DNA of 63,793 bases, the filler included, from Octopus bimaculoides (taxonomy: Eukaryota): assembly GCF_001194135.2 (NCBI RefSeq). It is 7 parts of 7 records of this genome, joined end to end, with 100 filler letters (N's around TTAATTAATTAA, not from the genome) between each part and the next. Parts side by side here need not be neighbours in the genome. Positions count along the whole stretch, not along the records: positions 1 to 25,227 come from NC_068994.1; 6 more parts are not named here. The stretch is one strand, 5' to 3'. Below, in pieces: positions 1-12,903 of the stretch. The notes beneath the pieces were generated by a model. That model was not told the origin of the DNA. It did no database searches and saw nothing but the letters and a program-made list of their open reading frames with translations. The position numbers were made by a program, and so were the translations under genes. Every line of letters begins with the position of its first letter. The first letter of the stretch is position 1.

Positions 1-424
1 TACGCAATGTTTCGAGCGGCACGGGTGCACGACAGAGCCGCAGCTGCGCCATTAGCATGCTTGTCGTTCTTTTCGACATCCGGGGTTTTGTGCATCGAGA
101 ATTCGGCCCCCCGGGGCACGACCGTCAGTCGAGCGTTCTATTGTGACGCTTTGAAGCGTTTAAGGTAAAACTTTCGGCGAAGGCGATCGGATCTGTGGAG
201 CGCGAAGAAGTGGATTCTTCACGACGACAATGCACCCAATCACCGACCTCTCCTCATTCGTGAGTTTTTCGCCAAAAAACATGGTATTGCACCTGCAACC
301 ATCCTATTCGCCAGATTTAACACTTGCGGACTTCTGTCCCTCCCTCAAGATGAAAATGCAGCTCAAAGGTCACCGTTTTAACATCGTTGTCGAGATCAAG
401 AGCGAATCGCAGAAGGTCTTCGAC
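1..424 (+). mobile_element. Mariner (Tc1/mariner) transposase pseudogene fragment, catalytic C-terminal half
   Basis: Manual translation across two frameshifts and one stop: MLVVLFDIRGFVHREF..TVSRAFYCDALKRLR*NFRRRRSDLWSAKKWILHDDNAPNH..IREFFAK..QPSYSPDLTLADF..KMKMQLKGHRF. HDNA and YSPDLxxxD are mariner hallmarks; spacing fits DD34D if a 2-nt loss is restored. Confidence 0.92.
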
Positions 425-490
425 CCCCCCCCTTCGGAAAAAAGTAGAANNNNNNNNNNGAAGGTCTTCGACCCCCCCCCTTCGGAAAAA

Positions 491-580
491 AGTAGAAGAC
501 ACTTTCCCAAGGTGCCACGCAGTGGGACTGAAACCAGAACCATGTGGTTGGTAAGCAAGCTACGTACCACACAGACACTC
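491..580 (-). mobile_element. SINE family A, 5' head fragment (tRNA-like head + CORE-like segment)
   Basis: Reverse complement reads ctgtgtggtacgtagcttgcttaccaaccacatggttctggtttcagtcccactgcgtggcaccttgggaaagtgtcttctact, matching copies at 25.7, 29.2, 35.4 and 53.0 kb. Confidence 0.9.
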
Positions 581-1095
581 CTGAGTAGTAAGATAAAATA
601 CCACACATCCACTTCTGTGCTGTAAGATAAAATATAAAAGAGACTAATATTTACCTGTGAATTATCTTTTAGGACTTATAGAGAAATTGGTTGAAACATT
701 TTGAAATTGTTTGATTAGCCAGACACTGGAAAACGGATGGAAAGATGCAGGATTGTAGATACAGGTTGACACCCGGCTTCTTTATTTAGATGATGTTTGA
801 CATCAGGCGTCTTCATGTTTTCTCGTCTTAATGTTTGTCTTGTTACCTCACGTCTCTCTCCCTTTTCTTTTATTTCTTCCCTGTTTATATGTGTGTGTGT
901 CTGGTTGTCTTTATATGCATATGTAATCGTTGACTCATTCTCTCATCTTTATGTGCATATTTCTGCGCATCAGTGTGTATATAACATATACATACACACA
1001 CATATATATAATACACACACACATAGATACATACTTACATAAAAAATTCTAATGGTGTATATATATATATATTATATATTATATATATATATATC

Positions 1096-1126
<31 letters not shown>

Positions 1127-1986
1127 TATATTATATAAATAATAGTCGGGCGTGCGAATAAGAATGTATACATACATATATATATAAATACACGCGCACG
1201 CGCACGCGCGCACACACACATATATATTTACATTTATATAAAATATAAATAAATAAAACTTTGAATCACATTTCTTACCATTTATCAGTAGACAATAAGC
1301 ATTTCTTACCATTTATCAGGAGACAATAAGGAACCCCATGATAGATATATTTCAGACAAACGGCGCCACGGCTTTGTCTATTGCTAGAAGTGGGAATAGT
1401 TGGGTCAATAGAGGTCGCTTGTTCCCTCCCCCAAGTAAAAACCCTACTAACCTCTAAATTCCTCTGATCTTATGAAATGTACATTATTTTGGTAAACTAA
1501 TTTTGTCAACTGAAATAGTAGCAGAATCATTGAAAATGTTTTGTTCCGCGAATTTTAAAATATATTTAACCATTGGGAATGTGATTGATTGTAAAGTTCA
1601 TGTCTTCATCTGAAGAAATCGTTTTCATTATAATGATATAATGTACTCATCAATCAATTAAAAATTCGTTGGAGACGGCCATAATGAATTGACATCTGTC
1701 CTTCAATTGTTACTTATTTATATCTTATTGACCTATCTCAGAACATGCCCTTCGCAAAGTTTGAAGTATATTATGGACTGTATATTTAATAAAATGTTCA
1801 TGCTTGACTAGCTCAAGAACAGATTATATACTCACCTGGGTCAAATTGTCTGTATGCACTACAGGAATATCATTTTGCCAGTATTTCTGTACCAAGGTTG
1901 ATATTTACATAATTTTATTGTGTCTGTATATTATTCTAACCTAACGAGGTGCCACAACTGATGTACCTAATTCAACTGAATCATAC

Positions 1987-2045
<59 letters not shown>

Positions 2046-3543
2046 TTTAAAATCCTATTAAATGTGATTCTTACTTCCTAATAATTATGTCAAATTACAT
2101 AATCAGTTAAGTATAGTTATTACGATGTTACGTAACGATTGTTGAAACGCCTGTAGGAAATAAATAGTTAATGTATCACTACAATATCGTTGTCCTCTGT
2201 TATTCATTGAAATATATTTATACATATAGACACACGTATATACACACATATTTTTGTGTATAATTCTTCGTATAAGCAAGGCTCACTGATACAATATTAA
2301 GTAACGAATTCACGTGGAATCAAAACGAAATTAACTCTGCAAAATAGTTACCTAATAACACAGACACACACGCACATATACATGTATGCATGCATGTATG
2401 CTTGTATGTTTGGATAACACATATACAAGCATACATGCATGCATAGTTATATGTGTGTGTTGGTATGTATGAATGTAAGATGAATATTGATTCAAGTATG
2501 CATGAAGATATATCACATTACATTACATAAACGAGCAAACTGGTGCGTGAAAAGTATTCTCGAATAATCCGAATCCATTATTTAACTGGTACTTTATATA
2601 TCCTAAACTAATGGAAAGAAACGATGACCGAGCTAAGATTTGAAATTAAAAGGCTGTAGTTATAAACGTTAATTCTGTATGAGGAATTTAGTCCAACTCC
2701 TGATAACCAGAGAAAGTAATACTAGTTTTTGTCAGAGACAGAGTTGTGTTGCTGGAGGCCTAGCTTTGGAATATCTTATTCATGGCAACAAAACCTCAAT
2801 CAATTATCTTTCAAATCTTTCGTTATTGTAATCAAAGATTTGTTGGTTCAAATCTCTCAAACTTTCTCTCTTTATTTCCTATAATGTCAGAATGAAAGAC
2901 ATTACAAGTGTGAGGTGTCAGATATCTCGACGTAAAACGTTAAAACAAAAATAGACAAATAGACAAATGTAATGAACATAGACAATTGATTGATCAAGTG
3001 TCAACTTCCCATTCAATGATATCCATCGACGTGTGATCAAAACAAATTTGAAGCCAGAAGCGTTTGGTAGATAATACAGGTTGTTATGATGTCAAAGCCC
3101 TCACATTGCAACAGTTTTTTTTCTCTCTTTTTGTTAAAGGAGTGAATGAATGAATTATATCTGGGAATTGATTAAATGTCTAAACGTCTGACATGAGTTA
3201 TTAATAACACTATAATTTTTCAAACAATGTCTACACACAGACACACACAAACGCGCGCGCACACACACACAAACATACACGTGCACACACACACACACAT
3301 CTTGACGACATTTTGATCGATTCGACCTTTAATATTCATCAGGTGTTCTATTCTTGGGTGAGTTTATAGGCTTAAACTGGAGTCGTTGAAACCGATCGAA
3401 ACTTAGTTTAGAAGTAAATATTGTAAATATACACTCGAGAATTGAGGTTAACAACAAGTGGGAAAAATATAATCTTTTCCTACAGACTCGCGTAATCTGA
3501 AGGCAAATCTCAATCAATATACACACATACATCATATGGATAT

Positions 3544-3639
<96 letters not shown>

Positions 3640-4510
3640 CGAAAGAGAGGAAAGGAGAGAAAGTAATCTTCTAGTACTAGACGTGCACTTTAACGACCTT
3701 TTCAGGATAAAACCAAAGTTGATCTTGATATGATTAGAACTCAGAATACAGAAAGCCGGAACAACTGTTACAATCACAATGGTGCTTTTAGAATTTTACC
3801 AAGTTACTGGATTCGATGACTTCATAATCTTACATCAGAGTGCTTGGTAAGAAATCTGATTGTTATTTTCTCATAGTCATTGCAGCCTTCTGGGAAAGTG
3901 CTAGGTTGCTGAATCGATAGAACCTCTTTGGTAAAAACACCATGGAGTATTGCTTATTTTTGCATGTCTTAATTAAAGGAGTAGGGACAGCTCTCATGGT
4001 TGTTTTCAGGGACCCAGAGACTGATGAGAGGAATATTGGGCAGGAACTATAATGCATGAATTCCCACCTTACAAATCATAACAATATCCATGTTCCGAAA
4101 AAAACTTTTCTAACGCTTGAAAAGGAGTGGATTTTTTTAAAGGAAGAACCAAAGAGGACGCTATGCTGTAAAAAAAATAATAAATGAGTAACAGGTAAAG
4201 AATACTATTTAATGACAAATACAAGTTATTACCAATTGACGACTTTCCGTGCAGTTTCTTTCAACCTCATTTCACTCAAAAATGTTTGGTGGTCTAGCAC
4301 TTTGGTAGCCGACGGTGCCGTTATGATATATTGGTATAGGGTTTAACTTCGAAATAATTGGAATTTAGTTTACCTTCGAAGCTTCTATGAAAAAATAAAA
4401 TCAGTACCGTTCAAGAACTGGAGTTAATTTAATGGCGCAAACATTCACCAAAAATTTGATTTACTGCGTCAAAGATAGAAATTCTTATTTTGATACATCC
4501 CTAAATAGTT

Positions 4511-4699
4511 CTTTCTACTAAAGGCCCAAGGCCTGAAATTTGTGGGGATTACATCGACTCCAGTGTTGAAATTTATCGACCCCAAAAAGATGAAAGGCAA
4601 AGTTGACATTGGTGGAATTCGAACTCAGAACGTAGCGACGGATGAAACACAGCTAAGCATTTTGTCCAGCGTGCTAATGGTTCTGCCAGCTCGTCGCCT
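4511..4699 (-). mobile_element. SINE family B (tRNA-like head, ctttcatcctttcggggtcgataaa central domain)
   Basis: gaaaggcaaagttgac..gaattcgaactcagaacgtag..ctaagcattt..gtgctaatggttctgccagctcgtcgcc; same element recurs at 10.2, 14.1, 23.4, 27.7 and 55.5 kb. B-box-like GTTCGAATTC on the minus strand. Confidence 0.88.
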
Positions 4700-5820
4700 T
4701 GATACATCTCTAGATAACGGATAATGTTGTTTGTGTTGCTGATTATCGGCACCTCTGAGATAATAGAGCTGACTCATTACAAAAAGTATTCCAGTGAGCA
4801 TTATGGGCATTTTTTTTTATTTTGTAGTGAAAAATAACAGTTGTGAGTGCCAAAAAATTGGTAAAACCACAAAGAACAATGCTCTGCAATGATATATAGT
4901 TTTTATATATCCACAGAAGCACAAACAGATGCACACACACACATACTCGCACACTCGCGCATATTTACACATACACACAGACTTACTCACACACGCTTTC
5001 TCTCTCTCTCTTTATCAGACAGACACACACATACACACACAATTTAATAACGACTTGTAAGCCGAAACTTCGAAATCCTGTCAAAATTTATCTTAAGAAA
5101 TTAATATCTACACTACTTGAATGTTTTATGAGTTCTGTCAATTTACTGTTAGAATGATTCTATATATAGCATTGCACAAAACAAATATCATTATACATAC
5201 GTAAGTACGTATGTACAAGAATGTATGCATATATTGGGTAACAAGCAGATCTCACTTCACTTGTTACTTAAAGTTTCGAGTACGTATACACAATTATAAC
5301 ATAATTATGTCTCTAAAGAGATTTAATATCTGTGCTGTTGTAAAATCAGCTTTATCTTTAAATTCATTGAAATCCTGTTAAAGTCAAATATTTATGCCTT
5401 TTGTGATCACCTTAGAAACGTAAACAGGAGTTAGACCACTTTTATTTCTAGTCTTAAACATAAAGATTGAACTATAAACATTCAAACAAGCCTTGTATAC
5501 TTTGCAATTCCGAACGGAAAGAATATTTTCTAAATTCCTTTCATTCAAATGCCCTTCTGAAATAATTTCGTCTATAAATGCGCGATTTGGAACGTTAAAA
5601 TATCTCGTATACATGACAATTGTTTTGTGACTATGATAAAAAATATTATACAAAAGCAACGCTGGTAATAACAGCTTTTTGGCTGACTAAATATTTCGCA
5701 ATGTTTTGCAAATTAATTCTTAATATGTTCTGGCAGATTCGGTTTTGTCAAAACAGAAAAATTATTTTAAGACAAATGTGTGTTTATAAAAGATGCGGTA
5801 CATTAGGTTAAAAGGACTCT

Positions 5821-5862
5821 GGAACAGCCGGTGTTTCGACATCGTTGTGAATCATCAGACAA
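5821..5862 (-). ncRNA. Degenerate hammerhead-ribozyme-like motif (Penelope-type)
   Basis: Minus strand CTGATGA-ttcacaacgatgtc-GAAAC-accggct-gtt: both core boxes in order, but stems I and II do not pair well. Confidence 0.35.
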
Positions 5863-6956
5863 AGTGCACGCTGGTCCAATGAATCTGAAAACAGTCCGTG
5901 GCTCTTGATCGCTGATATCAAACAAACGATAATAAATTGTCGTATGCACACTAAAGAGCGACAACCAACACGACTTGCTTATTCATTCTTAATATGTTCC
6001 GGCAGATTCTCAGCATTCACCGTGCATACAAAGATTTATTAAATATTTCGCTTATCTCTTAATATTTTCATGTTTTAAATACGTTTGTTCAGAACGACCT
6101 AAATGTAACACAATTAACAACCCTTCAGTGCTTCTTCCACACCATGTTTCCAAACTACATATATTGCAATGCGGCAGTTCTTCAACAGCGAATGATTATT
6201 ATATGTGCAATTTTGTTGAATAGTTTCTTTTACAAATCTGGTTATAATACAGATGAAACTACCATAAATTGATATACTGATTTGAATTTTTCAAAATCTA
6301 TAAATATGATTACTGATATATTTAAATATGATTACTGTTATATTTTTGTATTCGCTTCATTGCATCCGTTGCATTATTGTTTGAACCTCACACACAAAAT
6401 TACACACATGTATATATTCATACATACANNNNNNNNNNNNNNNNNNNNNNNNNNNNNNNNNNNNNNNNNNNNNNNNNNNNNNNNNNNNNNNNNNNNNNNN
6501 NNNNNNNNNNNNNNNNNNNNNNNNNNNNNNNNNNNNNNNNNNNNNNNNNNNNNNNNNNNNNNNNNNNNNNNNNNNNNNNNNNNNNNNNNNNNNNNNNNNN
6601 NNNNNNNNNNNNNNNNNNNNNNNNNNNNNNNNNNNNNNNNNNNNNNNNNNNNNNNNNNNNNNNNNNNNNNNNNNNNNNNNNNNNNNNNNNNNNNNNNNNN
6701 NNNNNNNATATATATATATATATAGACATATATATATCATCTATGTATCTAACATATATGTGTTTTAATCAGAGGCAATCCCATGCAAACATCCACATAT
6801 GAGAAACGTACATTTCTGAGTAGAATATACATAGCATTTATCAATACACAAACACTTCAGTGTTGTGTGTGTATATGTGTGAGATTTCTTATTGTTTATT
6901 TTGGTGTTGCTTTTCTCTTGTCTCATCGTTTCTTTGTTACAAGAGGTATACTAGTG

Positions 6957-6990
<34 letters not shown>

Positions 6991-7611
6991 AGTGTGTTTG
7001 TGTGTATGCATGTATCAATATATATATACATATACCTATATACATACATATTGATGTATGTGTGTACGTGTTGAACATTGAATGTCTGTCCACATAAGAA
7101 AACTATTTCTAGAAAGACAAACGATATATCAAGTTCGTTTGTAAACATATCAGTTAAATTTTTTTTTTTACGAATCTCCTATTTTCTTTTATGGTTTGTT
7201 CTACTTGTGAATTGGACTTTCACTTTTCTTCATACAACAACTTAAAAATCAAATATACCAACATAACATATGCAACTGTGTCGTTTCATATCCGCTTGTC
7301 ATGTCCACATCATCTTATAAATTACACGCCAGTTTCTTGTTTCTGTGACTGCAAATAAATGTCATTTTTTCTTTTTACCTTTTGCTTAGAATACAGAATT
7401 TTGGTATGTACGTGTGTATGAATCTAAGAATATATGTATGTCTATTCTACGTAGATTTGTACGTATGCATGTATTTTATATCTATGAATCAATCTATCAA
7501 TATTGATTTATTTCTCTTCATGTATATTTAGCTGTCAATATATTTGTCTAACTGCTCGTCTACGTCTCTCTATAACTCCCTTCAAATATAATTTCTCATT
7601 CTCTCTCTGTG

Positions 7612-7645
<34 letters not shown>

Positions 7646-8202
7646 TCATTCATTCAATCTATATCACTATCTCTTACTCTGCGTGTCAGCCTGTTTATCT
7701 ATCTATTTAGCTATCCAACTACACACCGCCTGAGGATCGCAAAACCGCGTAACTCGAATCGCTAGAAAATGAATTCTGTTTAAATAAACAATATAATCAA
7801 TGACATGATGTAGTCTTTTTAGCCTTAAGCTAACAAACATTGTAATATTTGGATATATATATATATATATATACTTATATATATATATGTGTATANNNNN
7901 NNNNNNNNNNNNNNNNNNNNNNNNNNNNNNNNNNNNNNNNNNNNNNNNNNNNNNNNNNNNNNNNNNNNNNNNNNNNNNNNNNNNNNNNNNNNNNNNNNNN
8001 NNNNNNNNNNNNNNNNNNNNNNNNNNNNNNNNNNNNNNNNNNNNNNNNNNNNNNNNNNNNNNNNNNNNNNNNNNNNNNNNNNNNNNNNNNNNNNNNNNNN
8101 NNNNNNNNNNNNNNTATATATACACATATATATATATATACACATACACTTACTTGTTTAAGTGTATATATATATATGTTCTCTGTTTATTTCCTCGTAT
8201 TC

Positions 8203-8240
8203 CTTTCTGTTGAAGAGCGTACGCTCGAAACGCAGGCGTC
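8203..8240 (+). ncRNA. Degenerate minimal hammerhead-like motif in a Penelope-like repeat remnant
   Basis: cttt-CTGtTGA-a-GAGC gtac GCTC-GAAAC-gcaggc-GTC: perfect 4-bp stem II and GAAAC, but the core has A>T and stem I is lost. Confidence 0.45.
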
Positions 8241-9129
8241 TTTTTCACTTTCTCAAGAGTCAAACTAATGCACCTGCTTATTGTTCATACACCTGTCTTC
8301 CTCTTTCATTTTTCAGTAAATTTCAGCTGTATATATATGTGTATATATGCATGTATATATGTATATATGTATGTATCTATATATGCGCGCCTTTTATGTA
8401 CGCTTATGTGCATATATGTGTGTGTATGTAATTATATATATATATGTGTATATGTCTTTGTATGTGTTTATATATAAATATAAATGTGTGTACACTCCCT
8501 TCTTTTCCCCCTACCTCTCTGTCAACATAACTATCTTAGAAACTATAGAAACTAGTTAATTTTAACTCAATAAGTTTAAATTTTTATAATTTTTAAAAAT
8601 TTTGTTTTCTTATTTTGTAATTTTAAGTTTAAGTGTTAAATTTTAATTTTGAATCTTAAATTCAATTCTTAATCCTTTATCTCATATAATTTAATGGCTA
8701 TTAAGCTTGAAGTACAATTTTAAACAACTGCACTAAACTATTGACCTTATAACCTTACTTAGATTGGCCTTCCACCCTCACTCTACTGAAACTAACGTTT
8801 GACCTCTAACCCCCATATAATACTGACATATCTATATCATTACTTTACTTTTATTTTTAAATTTTTTATTTTTACTTTTATTATTTTTTACCATTTTACC
8901 TCTATCTTATATTTTCGTTCCCTCACTCCTTTCTCCCTCTTTGTCCTTTCTACCATAGACACTCACTCTGTAGTACCTATTCCTTTCTGTTATTTTTATT
9001 ATTATATCTTTATTTATATTTATCTTTATTTTACTCTAATTTTTACCCTTCTACCACTATCTTATTTTCTTATCCTTTCTCATATCCCCCTTTCTCTCTA
9101 CCTCTCTCAGACACCCGTTCACAAAGCCC

Positions 9130-9540
9130 ATTTATGTCCATCATACTTTCTGGCTCAATACACACGTTTACAATATGAATACATCATTCAGAATACTGCC
9201 GAAATACTGCCTGAGATTTTAACTAAAAATCTGTACCTTCATGAAGTACCGACCAACATCTATATTTTATTCTCCTGCCGATATTCTTCTAATTACTTTT
9301 ATTCTTAATTCTTCTGGTTTACTCCTTTAATATTCTGTTTTATTCCTTATAAACTGTGAATTTTATTCCTTGTAAACTCTAAATTTTTCCCCGTCTAAAA
9401 TATTCATACCTTGTCTCTGATGAGGGTGTCGCCAGTGCATGGATATGGTAACCAACCACTACGGTTATCCCAGAAACGGCTGTAAGACTTCAAATTCACC
9501 TTACCCTAATTAAATTATTCTAAATGACTTGAGATGGTTT
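9130..9540 (+). mobile_element. Probable Penelope-like element pseudo-LTR remnant
   Basis: T-rich tract ending in a hammerhead motif, the usual layout of Penelope pLTRs; no intact RT or GIY-YIG ORF seen. Confidence 0.5.
9413..9488 (+). ncRNA. Type I hammerhead ribozyme (near-intact)
   Basis: GTCT(stem I)-CTGATGA-GGG..CCC(stem II, with inner hairpin ggtaacc/ggttatc)-a-GAAAC-ggct-GTA^-AGAC(stem I'). Predicted cleavage after GUA at 9484. One extra A before GAAA. Confidence 0.72.
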
Positions 9541-10209
9541 TGATTTTTCCTCTAATATAATATATACATGCACACACACACAGACACACACACACATATA
9601 TATATATACATGTATGTATATATATATATATATATATATNNNNNNNNNNNNNNNNNNNNNNNNNNNNNNNNNNNNNNNNNNNNNNNNNNNNNNNNNNNNN
9701 NNNNNNNNNNNNNNNNNNNNNNNNNNNNNNNNNNNNNNNNNNNNNNNNNNNNNNNNNNNNNNNNNNNNNNNNNNNNNNNNNNNNNNNNNNNNNNNNNNNN
9801 NNNNNNNNNNNNNNNNNNNNNNNNNNNNNNNNNNNNNNNNNNNNNNNNNNNNNNNNNNNNNNNNNNNNNNNNNNNNNNNNNNNNNNNNNNNNNNNNNNNN
9901 NNNNNNNNNNNNNNNNNNNNNNNNNNNNNNNNNNNNNCCGTAACTTTTCTGAAGCCAGCCTGCCTTTTGGGAAAACTATCAGATTGCATTTTTGCATCAG
10001 GAAAATTCAATATTTCCACGTGTTTTTTCACAACTTCCTAAACACGATCGGAGCTCGTAAATTTTCTCTCAACAATTTTCATGTCCAAACGTCCAATGAG
10101 TTTATACCATCAGTTTTCTCGCCTGAAACGAACACACAATTTTCGTGGAATCTTTATTTTTTATATAATATTAACACGCCTTATTAGCGTGTTAACAATA
10201 ATGTTAGTT

Positions 10210-10366
10210 CGCTACGTTCTGAGTTCAAATTCCGTTCAAGTCGTCTTTGCCTTTCATCCTTTCGGTGTCGATAAAATAAGCACCAGTTGAACGTGAGGTC
10301 GCTGTAATCGACATAATCTCCTCCCCCCTGAATCTGCCAGCCTTATGCCAAAATTTGAACTCATCA
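10210..10366 (+). mobile_element. SINE family B
   Basis: tacgttctgagttcaaattcc..gtcgtctttgcctttcatcctttcggtgtcgataaaataagcaccag; a second tail fragment at ~10405-10470 (cctatagtagaaaggattattatt). Confidence 0.85.
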
Positions 10367-10464
10367 TCATCGTCATCAACATCATCATCATCATTATTAT
10401 TATCGACTAGTCCCCCTTCCCCAATTTTCAGGAATATTTCCTATAGTAGAAAGGATTATTATTA

Positions 10465-10905
10465 TTATCATTATTGAGTGAGAGAGCAGTGCATGCAATC
10501 AAAGTGACATTGGGGTATCATATACGAAGCCCAGTATACCCATCATTACTACCCGTCTGATAAGGGTAAACCAGGCACATACATCACAACCATATGTACG
10601 TGACATGATAGTCTCATATTAAGATTAACAGCTCATGACCTTGCAGGTGGGGCCCAGTTAGAATTTTCTTCAGGTCGAGTAGCCCATCCCGCTCAAAAGT
10701 TCCCTGAATAAGGATTGTTTAATTATACTGAACGAGACACCCATGTTTCCAGAGGTGTATTATCCAAACTCCAAAGAATTTCTTGCAACACATGGCTGTA
10801 ATGCTTCTCCACTACTTCTGCTCGTGATCAGAGATGCACATATCGTCAACCACTAAAAGACATGCTCAACTGGTTATGGTCAAACAACTGAAAAGAATAT
10901 CTGTG
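10465..10905 (-). mobile_element. Unclassified non-coding retroposon (family C) with (TAA)n tail
   Basis: High-complexity ~440-bp block with no ORF; on the minus strand it ends ..tgcactgctctctcactc followed by an AAT-type tail. Resembles an abundant octopus repeat as I recall it (unverified). Confidence 0.6.
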
Positions 10906-10977
10906 GTATTGAACGGAATATTTGCTGTAGCCCATGTTTTATACCAAGACAAAACAATGTACATGATAACACTTGAT

Positions 10978-10985
10978 TATTATTA

Positions 10986-11066
<81 letters not shown>
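10978..11066. repeat. (TTA)n microsatellite
   Basis: About 30 TTA units; source of the poly-Y/N/I pseudo-ORFs. Confidence 0.97.
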
Positions 11067-11068
<2 letters not shown>

Positions 11069-12041
11069 AGCTGACGTTTGCAATTACCGCCTTGCTTTAT
11101 TTTCTCCCTGAAATGATATATACATGTTGGGATGTTAAAATGCAAGTCAATAATTAATACTTGCACATGGAAATATATGCTATATTAAGATTCCATTTCC
11201 TCCATGCTTCACAGTGTCGGACAATAGCAGAAGAGCACAGAAGAAAGCAGAGCCAGTTAATGAGATGATGAACCAAACTGTTTCCTTCCAACGAAACAGT
11301 CATCTCACTCATAGCAAACAACTATAGAAAACACATTACTTTGCCAGACAGACAGCAGAAAAAAATCACGGCACACTTCTTATTGATTTTATTTTTAATA
11401 ATACAAACATCGCAAAACACAACAGATTTACAAACTGACAGCAACGGACATTCACAGATTTCCACTTCATATTCAGCTGGCCTCCATTTGGCACGTATAG
11501 AGCTAAATGCACCAGTACTTCACTTTTGACAGTTCAATGATTAAGAGTGTCTTCTATTGTGTTTCTATAGTAAACCTATCATTGTGAATGTTTTACATCT
11601 TTTCTGTTTGCTTTCTAATGTATTAGTTTCTGCGTTAAAATTCACTACTAGATTCTGAGAACTATTAAGTTATTTTCTCTCATGAAATGAAATACAAATA
11701 ATGTTAACATTGAATAATGTTGCTGTTGGCCATATTAACTTGTATTAATACATCCCTTAAGTAGTCTGTACAGAACAAACTGTATATTTGGAATTAACTG
11801 GAAGGGCAGTCATTCTCTACATTTTAATACAAGAAAACAAATGAAAATTACTATACCACAACACACATGCCTCAGAATTCTGAATGTTTGAACATACTTA
11901 GTTTTCTTACCGATTCCATCTACTAAATTTTTCTCACAGGGTTCCCCAAACATCAGTTCCATTGCAATCACTCTGCTCCGACCTTTGTATTAGAGTTGTT
12001 TTCGCACGAGAGCAGTAATGAACGAATATTTTTGTCTATTC

Positions 12042-12048
<7 letters not shown>

Positions 12049-12103
<55 letters not shown>
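12049..12103. repeat. (GA)n microsatellite
   Basis: Uninterrupted GA run. Confidence 0.97.
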
Positions 12104-12106
<3 letters not shown>

Positions 12107-12509
12107 CACACACACATGTCTTGTTCTATGGATACACAGACACAGTGTTTCGAAAAGCAGAAATCAGAAACGTGGTGTAATAAGGAATTAAATTTTCATC
12201 ATCAAGTATCCATCATATTTATAGCTCTACCCTCTACTCTCACTCTCTCTCCCACTCTCTCGTTCTCTCTCTCTCTCACTGTCTTTTTCTTTTGTCCACA
12301 AGGTTTGTGCTCCACTCAAATGCACTTACATATCACCCACGCATACATAATCACACACATATACACATATACACACACACACAGATGCCTGACTGCATAT
12401 TTTTGAAAACACCTGTAGTCACATACATACATTCATACAGAAACAGCCACACGCGCACATATTCATCTACTTCAGTATATATTTCAACACCTAGAGAAAG
12501 CGGTGGAAG

Positions 12510-12903
12510 TGTATTCTTAAAACAAAGTTTGGCAAGTCCCACAGATCCTTATTTATATACACCCACGTCTAATATCGTTGTTATCACATCTTGTATACGT
12601 TGTCATATGTGCAGGGGAGAGGAACGGCTTTCTATTTGCTTGAGTTGAAATGATGAATCGACCACTCACAAGTTCTTTTTACTAGAAATTGGCACCTATG
12701 CCGAATCCTGAAGAATCGATATTAGCTAAGGTATTGTGTACTGACCTTCCAGTCATGTTATATAATCCATCACTTTAATCTGATCGCAAACGGCCATATG
12801 TTATTTCGGACGCCATATTGAATGCATCATTTGTCCAATGACCATCTGATATATTCGTCAATTTGACGTGAATCGCTTTGGGAAAATGTCTTCCGTTTTC
12901 TTT
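12510..12903. repeat. Unclassified ~390-bp block, copy 1 of a direct duplication
   Basis: Aligns to 15479-15870; I count 21 substitutions over the ~320-nt core, with identical runs of ~68 and ~75 nt. Confidence 0.95.

Noticed and set aside
410-497. ~38-bp direct repeat around a 10-N gap
   Set aside because: Unmerged contig overlap; the same pattern occurs at 44411-44532.
7729-7775. CTGAGGA..GAAT hammerhead-like string
   Set aside because: GAAA box mutated and no stem I; similar partial hits at 29885, 33519 and 52868 also lack a complete fold.
8799-9308. 169-aa hydrophobic ORF
   Set aside because: Arises from T-rich low-complexity sequence in a probable retroelement remnant; no motif or splice context.
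12650-12849. U3 or C/D snoRNA identity for the duplicated block
   Set aside because: Box C and D-like words exist but I see no good terminal stem, rRNA guide or U3 similarity; left as an untested option only.
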